A stretch of DNA of 64,000 bases, from NCBI GenBank assembly GCA_965220655.1, contig CBDCQO010000012.1, positions 166,931 to 230,930 of the forward strand. The letters run 5' to 3'. Shown here in pieces: positions 58,869 to 64,000 of the stretch (position 1 is its first letter; the number at the start of each line of letters is the position of its first letter). The notes below the pieces were generated by a model that worked only from the letters and a program-made list of their open reading frames with translations, ran no database searches and was not told where the DNA came from. The position numbers and the translations under genes are program-made. The DNA comes from Dehalococcoidia bacterium. GTDB taxonomy: Bacteria; Chloroflexota; Dehalococcoidia; Lucifugimonadales; Australimonadaceae.

Positions 58869-59570
58869 ATGGACGAGCAGGACGTACGACTCATGGAGGC
58901 CATCGCCAGTACCCGTGTTGTCAGGCCTCCCCAGCAGGGCCTCGCCACGTTCGGGTCGACGTCCGTCCGCTACTACTTGGTGACCGAGCCTTCGTATCGA
59001 GACCTCGACGCTCCTCAGGATGGGCATGAGGAATCGGTGGTGCGCGAGGGTGTCGTGCGTGCGGAGCGTCCGCGGGTGGTCACCCCGTATTACCTGCTGC
59101 GCCATGAAGGCTTCGGCGACAACGCCGACCGCTACCTGCAGCGCCTTGCCGAGGAAGTCGGGCCGGACCATCCCGGCCTGATGTACCACTACAAGAACGA
59201 GGGCGCAGAGACCGCTGTCGTCTCCGGCACGGTCGAAGAAGTGACGCGCAGGATCGTCGACCGGCTGGACAAGGAGCGCAAACCGCTGGAGGCCGTGATA
59301 ACCGGCTCCGACGACCTGTGGGACCTCTCGCTGATGAAGTTCATCTACGAGTTCACGACCCGCTCGGCGCAGGCGAACGTCTCCGAGATGCGCGCGAATG
59401 GGTTGCTGCGGACTGAGGGTGGCGTCCCGATGGATGCCCGTCTGGGTATCGAACGGATGCTCGAAGAGGCACGGCGCGGCCAGCGAGAGCCGCGCGACGT
59501 TCACCGGGAGATTGAACGCTGGGGCCTGTTCGATGAATACCAGGACCGCTTCTTCGCTCTCTTCCGGTGA
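58869..59570 (+). CDS. Hypothetical protein (233 aa)
   Basis: Balanced, non-repetitive composition rich in K, Y, F, E and W. The stop abuts the next ATG (TGAATG). I recognise no family. Confidence 0.6.
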   Translation: MDEQDVRLMEAIASTRVVRPPQQGLATFGSTSVRYYLVTEPSYRDLDAPQDGHEESVVREGVVRAERPRVVTPYYLLRHEGFGDNADRYLQRLAEEVGPDHPGLMYHYKNEGAETAVVSGTVEEVTRRIVDRLDKERKPLEAVITGSDDLWDLSLMKFIYEFTTRSAQANVSEMRANGLLRTEGGVPMDARLGIERMLEEARRGQREPRDVHREIERWGLFDEYQDRFFALFR

Positions 59571-60221
59571 ATGATGAGGCGACGATTCAACCCGATAGCA
59601 AGGGTCCGGGTTCCCCTCCGCCAGAAGGCTCAGACCCGTACAACGCGCCTCCCGGAGCGCCGCTTTCGCCCCGCGCGTTGGAGGTCCCGCCTCATCAATC
59701 CAAGGCTCACCCGGGGCGCGCGTGGCCGTATCCTGCTGCGCGTCTACTTCTTCCAAGTGGGGCTCGCTGCGGTATCGCTCATGCTGGCCCTCTGGGCGGC
59801 AGATCTCATCACCGGAGATAGTGTTGCCCGCGCTGTTCTCGTCGCCGCCATTGCCTCAACCGCGTTCATCCTCTTTATCGGCCCACGCAGCGTAACGGCG
59901 CACCCGCGCCACAGCATCGGCGGGCACGCGGTGGCTGTCGTCGCTGCCTCGATGGTCGACTTCTTCGCCGAGTATGTCACCGGGACGCAGTTCACCGGCG
60001 ACTTCTCCCTCCTGTTCGGCTTCTACGCCGCCCTCGCTGTTGGCTTGGCGATGCTGCTGATGGCGTTGACCGATACGGAGCACGCACCTGCCGCGGGTAC
60101 TGCCCTGGCCATCGTCGCGCACGGCTTGGACTGGGAGTTGGCGGTGTTCCTGATGACGATGGTACTGCTGCTTGCAGGCGTTCATGCCCTGCTCAAGGAC
60201 CGCCTGCACGATTTCTTCTAG
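59571..60221 (+). CDS. HPP-family membrane protein
   Basis: 4-5 TM segments with the TEHAPAAGTAL motif (HPPAGAT-like). The Arg-rich N-terminal ~60 aa may not be translated, so the start is uncertain. Confidence 0.65.
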   Translation: MMRRRFNPIARVRVPLRQKAQTRTTRLPERRFRPARWRSRLINPRLTRGARGRILLRVYFFQVGLAAVSLMLALWAADLITGDSVARAVLVAAIASTAFILFIGPRSVTAHPRHSIGGHAVAVVAASMVDFFAEYVTGTQFTGDFSLLFGFYAALAVGLAMLLMALTDTEHAPAAGTALAIVAHGLDWELAVFLMTMVLLLAGVHALLKDRLHDFF

Positions 60222-60583
60222 CGGTTGCGGAGGTCCCCCCGGAGTGGCGGCGTGAAATAGGCTGTTGGAGTGGAGAGGCGTCGACGCGCGTCGTCCCAGT
60301 CCGGCGGCGCATCGCTGATGAACTCCGCGTAGCAGGAGCCCGGTGCGGCGAACTCCGCAACGACGGCAGCAGCCTCTGCGTGTGGCGCAGAGTGCACGAA
60401 AGCGGTCATCGCCTCGCGGTCTTCCCATATCGTGTAGCTGTAGAACTCGCCCCGCCACCACTTCGCGCGGATGCCCCCGGCGTAGTACCCCGGAGCTTCG
60501 CACGCCTCATGGTAGACGCGCATAGAGAGCCGCATGAACGCCAGCGTCTGGCTGCAACGTCTGAGCCGCACGTACTCCACCAC
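60218..60583 (-). CDS. ABM/DUF3291-like small alpha+beta barrel protein
   Basis: 121 aa. ...F......V......APGY......W.....Y.YTIWEDREAMTAFV resembles the antibiotic-biosynthesis-monooxygenase fold. GTG start. Confidence 0.6.
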   Translation of the reverse strand: MVEYVRLRRCSQTLAFMRLSMRVYHEACEAPGYYAGGIRAKWWRGEFYSYTIWEDREAMTAFVHSAPHAEAAAVVAEFAAPGSCYAEFISDAPPDWDDARRRLSTPTAYFTPPLRGDLRNR

Positions 60584-60643
60584 GTGGATACGCGGCTTGA
60601 TCTCGTACTCTTCGAACGACTCAACCAGCGCCGTTCTCCCTCG

Positions 60644-61465
60644 CTACGATATGTGCACGCCGCCATTCACTTCCAGCAGCGCCCCTGTCACGTAGGTTGA
60701 GAGGTCTGAGCAGAGGAAGATGATCGGCCCGACCGCTTCCTCGACCGCCGCGGCGCGCTTCAGCGGTATCACTTCGAGCGCCCTGTTACGTGCCGCCTCC
60801 GGTATGCCTTGTGGCGCTCCGCGCACGAACTCGGTCAGCGACTCCATCGCGCGCGTCATCCGCGTGTCGATGAACCCGAATGCCATCGAGTTCGCCAGCA
60901 CGTTGAACATCGCGCCCTCTATAGCCACCGTTCGCGTGAGCCCCGCGATGCCAGCCTTCGCCGCGGAGTAGTTCGCCTGGCCCAGGTTTCCGAATCCGGA
61001 GAGCGACGAGATGGTCACGATATGCCGAGCGGGCACGGCCTCGCCGCGCTCTTTCTCCTGGCGTGCGTGTTCCCGCATCACCTTGAACGAGTCGCGCACG
61101 ACGCGGAACGTTCCGCCGAGGTGCACGTCGACGATGGCATTGAACTGTTCGTCCGTCATCCGGTGGATCATCCCGTCCCAGAGGAAGCCGGCCGCCGTTA
61201 CGACGATGTGCAGACCGCCGAAACGCTCCACCGCCAGCGACGCCAACCGCTCGCCGACGTCCGCGTCCGTAACGGATGCGGCGAGCCCGACAGCGGTGCC
61301 GCCCGCCTCCTCGATCTGCCCCAGCGTCTCGTCGAGCGGCCCTTGGTCGAGGTCGTTCGCCACGACGCTTGCGCCCTCTTTCGCCAGCCGCAGGGCGACG
61401 CCCTGCCCGATGCCGCGCCCCGCGCCGGTAACGATGGCCACGCGGCCTGCTATGCCTTCCACCAT
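60644..61465 (-). CDS. SDR-family oxidoreductase
   Basis: TGAGRGIG cofactor motif, and the catalytic YSAAK. Confidence 0.92.
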   Translation of the reverse strand: MVEGIAGRVAIVTGAGRGIGQGVALRLAKEGASVVANDLDQGPLDETLGQIEEAGGTAVGLAASVTDADVGERLASLAVERFGGLHIVVTAAGFLWDGMIHRMTDEQFNAIVDVHLGGTFRVVRDSFKVMREHARQEKERGEAVPARHIVTISSLSGFGNLGQANYSAAKAGIAGLTRTVAIEGAMFNVLANSMAFGFIDTRMTRAMESLTEFVRGAPQGIPEAARNRALEVIPLKRAAAVEEAVGPIIFLCSDLSTYVTGALLEVNGGVHIS

Positions 61466-61518
61466 GCTCCGTTCTCCCTCTCGATGCGTCTGTCGTGCGC
61501 GTCATTCTACGCGAGCGG

Positions 61519-62262
61519 TCACGTGGTCGCAGTGCATATCCACAGGTACATCGGCCTGCCGTCGTCGGTATGGGGGTAGTCCACGCGCTCCGGTGCGAAC
61601 CCGGAGTCGGTCAGCAGCCGCTCCCACGTACCGATCGAGAACAGGCCGACTGCGTGCCGGTCGACCTCCACTCGTAACTCCCCATTCTCCTCGAAGAAGA
61701 AGACGTACACCGTCTCCACCTGAGTGTCGCGGGGATCGGGGTCCCACGAATACTCCACGAACGTCACCTCGGCGTCCTTCGTGCGCCGGGTCTCATGCCA
61801 AACGCGCGGCGCCGTGAACGTCTCCACGTAGTCGTCCGGGATGGCAAGCAACAATCCGCCGGGACGCAGGTGCGTCCGTGCCGTTGCTAACGCTGCCCTG
61901 AGGTCGTCTTCCGTCGTCATGTAGTCGATGGCGTCGTGGATGAGCACGGCGTCGAACGTCTCGCCGAGGCGCACCGTCCGCATGTCGCCCACGTGGTGCG
62001 TCACGTCCGGGTTCAGGCGGCGCGAGTGCTCGAGCATCGCATCTGACAGATCGACCGCTGTCGCCTCGAAGCCGTCGGCGATGTGGTGCAGGAGGTGTCC
62101 GCCGCCCGTGCCGAGTTCGAGGATGCGCGCCCTGCCGGGGCCGAGGCGATTGCGGAGTTCGCTTCGCAGCTGAGCGCCCTCCTCGGCGTAGTCCTCCGGC
62201 GGGCTCATCAGCGGCCACAGGTGCGCGAGGTCGGTGTAGAGGCGGTTGGATTCGGACGTCAT
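61519..62262 (-). CDS. Class I SAM-dependent methyltransferase
   Basis: ILELGTGGG motif I, then DLS..ML and FDAVLIHDAIDYM. Confidence 0.88.
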   Translation of the reverse strand: MTSESNRLYTDLAHLWPLMSPPEDYAEEGAQLRSELRNRLGPGRARILELGTGGGHLLHHIADGFEATAVDLSDAMLEHSRRLNPDVTHHVGDMRTVRLGETFDAVLIHDAIDYMTTEDDLRAALATARTHLRPGGLLLAIPDDYVETFTAPRVWHETRRTKDAEVTFVEYSWDPDPRDTQVETVYVFFFEENGELRVEVDRHAVGLFSIGTWERLLTDSGFAPERVDYPHTDDGRPMYLWICTATT

Positions 62263-62310
62263 CGCTGGCTCATCTTACGTTCGGAACGCCCGGAAGGGGT
62301 GCGCGTGTGG

Positions 62311-63822
62311 TCAGGAGACCAGCCCGCTCGCGGCAGTGCGCGCGACCTCGAGCAGTCCGGCAGGCCAGAGACCAAGCACGAGGATCGCTGCCAGCGTTAC
62401 CACCAGCGCGAGCCTTCCGGAGAACGCCGTGGCGACGGGCGTGCCGTCTCCCGTGGGCTGGCGCAGGTACATCGTCCGGATGATGCCCACGTAGTAGTAC
62501 GCGGAGACGACCGAGTTGACCGCTCCAACGACCGCCAGCCAGACAAGCCCGGAGTTCACCGCGGCATTGAACAGGAACAGTTTGCCCATGAATCCCACCG
62601 TCGGTGGGATGCCTGTGAGGCCGAGCAACGCAACGGCCAGCGCGAGCGCCGCGAGCGGAGCGCGGCGCCCCATGCCCGCCATCGCCTCGATGCGCTCGTC
62701 TCCGCTGCGCTGCGTGAGTACGAGGACGGCGAAGAACGCCGCCAGCGTCATCGCCGCGTAGCCGCCCAGGTAGAAGAGAACGCTCGAGATGCCGGACGCG
62801 TCGGGCGTGTCCTGTCCGTGCGCTGTTACGGCTGCCACGCCGATGAGCATGTAGCCCGCATGTGCGATGGCGCTGTAGCCCAGCAACCGCTTCACGTTGC
62901 TCTGCACTATCGCGACCAGATTCCCTATCGTCATCGTGATCGCTGCGAGCGCCGCGAAGAGCGTCGACCAGTCTGCCGACGACCCCCCGAGCGCCTCGTA
63001 GAACAGGCGCAGCACGACGGCGAACGCGGCGGCCTTGCTCGCCGTCGCCAGGAATGCCCCGACGGGCGTGGGCGCGCCCTCGTACACGTCCGGCGTCCAC
63101 ATCTGGAAAGGCACCATGGACAGTTTGAAGCCGAATCCCGCGGTCGCGAGCACGGCGCCCGCCATCACCGCGAGCCCTCCGAAGGGCACTGCTGTCGTAC
63201 CTGCGGCGAGCGACTGTGCGATGGTCGGCGCGCCGCTGTCCCCGGCCACAACCTGCATCGTGCCCGATGCGCCGTACAGGAACGCGAATCCGTACAGCAG
63301 GAACGCCGACGACACGGCGGAGAGCAGCAGGTACTTCACGCCTGCCTCGATGGGCGCCACGCGCATCCTCACGAACGCGGCAAGCGCCACCACCGGCAGC
63401 GTCGCGAGCTCCAGCGAGACGTAGATGGTGATGAGGTCGGCTGCCGCTGCCAGCAGCATGAGACCGCTGGCCGAGAAGAGCACCAGCCCGGAGAACTCCG
63501 ACTCATAGGGGCGGAAGCGCTCCGCGTACTCCGACCCTGCGATGAGGACGAGCGCTGCCGTTCCGGCCACGAGGAACTTGATGTAGAGCGCGAACTTGTC
63601 CACCACCAGCGAGTGGTTGAATGCCGACTGCGCTCCGTTCGCGTGTACGTCGTCCCACAGCGCGATGCCGAATGCGAACGTCGCGGCGAGCCCGAGCAGC
63701 GCGAGTCCGAGCGTCAGATGACGCTGCCGGGAGACGAGGCCGGACAGCACCACGACGGTCGCCGCCACGGTGAGCGCAAGCTCCGGTGCGATGAGGAAGA
63801 GGTCTCTGCCCGTGATGCCCAC
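62311..63822 (-). CDS. nuoN: NADH-quinone oxidoreductase subunit N
   Basis: 503 aa with about 14 TM segments and antiporter-like motifs (..LSAVSSAFLLYG.., WTPDVYEGAPTPV). GTG start. Confidence 0.92.
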   Translation of the reverse strand: MGITGRDLFLIAPELALTVAATVVVLSGLVSRQRHLTLGLALLGLAATFAFGIALWDDVHANGAQSAFNHSLVVDKFALYIKFLVAGTAALVLIAGSEYAERFRPYESEFSGLVLFSASGLMLLAAAADLITIYVSLELATLPVVALAAFVRMRVAPIEAGVKYLLLSAVSSAFLLYGFAFLYGASGTMQVVAGDSGAPTIAQSLAAGTTAVPFGGLAVMAGAVLATAGFGFKLSMVPFQMWTPDVYEGAPTPVGAFLATASKAAAFAVVLRLFYEALGGSSADWSTLFAALAAITMTIGNLVAIVQSNVKRLLGYSAIAHAGYMLIGVAAVTAHGQDTPDASGISSVLFYLGGYAAMTLAAFFAVLVLTQRSGDERIEAMAGMGRRAPLAALALAVALLGLTGIPPTVGFMGKLFLFNAAVNSGLVWLAVVGAVNSVVSAYYYVGIIRTMYLRQPTGDGTPVATAFSGRLALVVTLAAILVLGLWPAGLLEVARTAASGLVS

Positions 63823-63825
63823 GCG

Positions 63826-64000
63826 CTAGCCTCCCCATCCTGCAACGAGGGACGCGCCTTCGGCGAAGGACGCGACGATGGGCGCGATGCCGGCGTCGAA
63901 CACGTCCGTCAGCAGCGCCGGGTAGACCCCGAACACGAAGATGGGCACGATGAGCACGCCCATCGCGGCAACGTCTACGCGTGTTGCGTCCTGGAGGTGC
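63826..64000 (-). CDS. nuoM: NADH-quinone oxidoreductase subunit M, C-terminal end (partial)
   Basis: Hand translation of the minus strand gives ...VLIVPIFVFGVYPALLTDVFDAGIAPIVASFAEGASLVAGWGG, stop at 63826-63828. This is a typical NuoM C-terminus directly upstream of nuoN. Confidence 0.75.
   Translation of the reverse strand, partial: HLQDATRVDVAAMGVLIVPIFVFGVYPALLTDVFDAGIAPIVASFAEGASLVAGWGG

Noticed and set aside
58725-59756. N-terminal ~340 aa of the listed 450-aa minus-strand ORF
   Set aside because: Only the last 106 codons form a recognisable GYD-domain protein, with its own GGAGGAG SD. The upstream part is antisense to a more protein-like + strand ORF (58869-59570).
60218-60221. Stop-codon overlap of convergent HPP and ABM-like genes on a CTAG palindrome
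   Set aside because: The overlap is real but trivial. It is a consequence of the palindromic TAG/CTA and has no functional implication that I can support.

Overview
This is a visibly GC-rich bacterial chromosomal window (GC not computed). It is dense with housekeeping genes. I see no rRNA, CRISPR array, transposase, integrase, prophage or recognisable defence island.

Core (10.7-32.3 kb, + strand): one uninterrupted, largely translationally coupled ribosomal super-operon. Order: rpsL-rpsG-fusA / rpsJ-rplC-rplD-rplW-rplB-rpsS-rplV-rpsC-rplP-rpmC-rpsQ / rplN-rplX-rplE-rpsN(Zn type)-rpsH-rplF-rplR-rpsE-rpmD-rplO-secY-adk-map-infA-rpmJ-rpsM-rpsK-rpsD-rpoA-rplQ-truA-rplM-rpsI. It ends at a perfect 12-bp hairpin. 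There is no tuf between fusA and rpsJ.

Left flank (0-10.5 kb): a catabolic, accessory-looking block.
- Two MFS transporters flanking a tRNA-Met(CAU).
- An amidohydrolase, a luciferase-like oxidoreductase, a Zn-ADH and MmsA.
- A ferritin-like diiron protein, an FMN alpha-hydroxy-acid oxidase and a PduO adenosyltransferase.
- Two intergenic arrays of REP-like palindromes.

Right flank (32.4-64 kb):
- A minus-strand SAM-cycle/MTA-salvage operon (mtnA-mtnP-rhodanese-ahcY-metK-phosphohexomutase) and a PT-rich lipoprotein.
- recF coupled to an ABC-2 exporter.
- gatCA, DUF971, ornithine cyclodeaminase, dinB and hup.
- A TPP-riboswitch-controlled SSS transporter-tenA-thiD thiamine-pyrimidine salvage operon.
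- thyX and lpdA plus a two-subunit 2-oxoacid:ferredoxin oxidoreductase.
- Small GYD, DUF35, HPP and ABM-like genes, an SDR, a methyltransferase, nuoN and the 3' end of nuoM.

Most unusual signal: at least six ribosomal proteins (L3, S3, S17, L5, L13, S5) carry long low-complexity tails. Most are acidic and E/A/P/V-rich. The S17 tail contains a 78-nt in-frame tandem repeat. All tails stay in frame up to the coupled start of the next gene.

Limits: all homology calls are from motif and family recognition by eye. Start codons were chosen from SD spacing and family N-termini. No database search was run. Lineage is only a guess (Chloroflexota-like).
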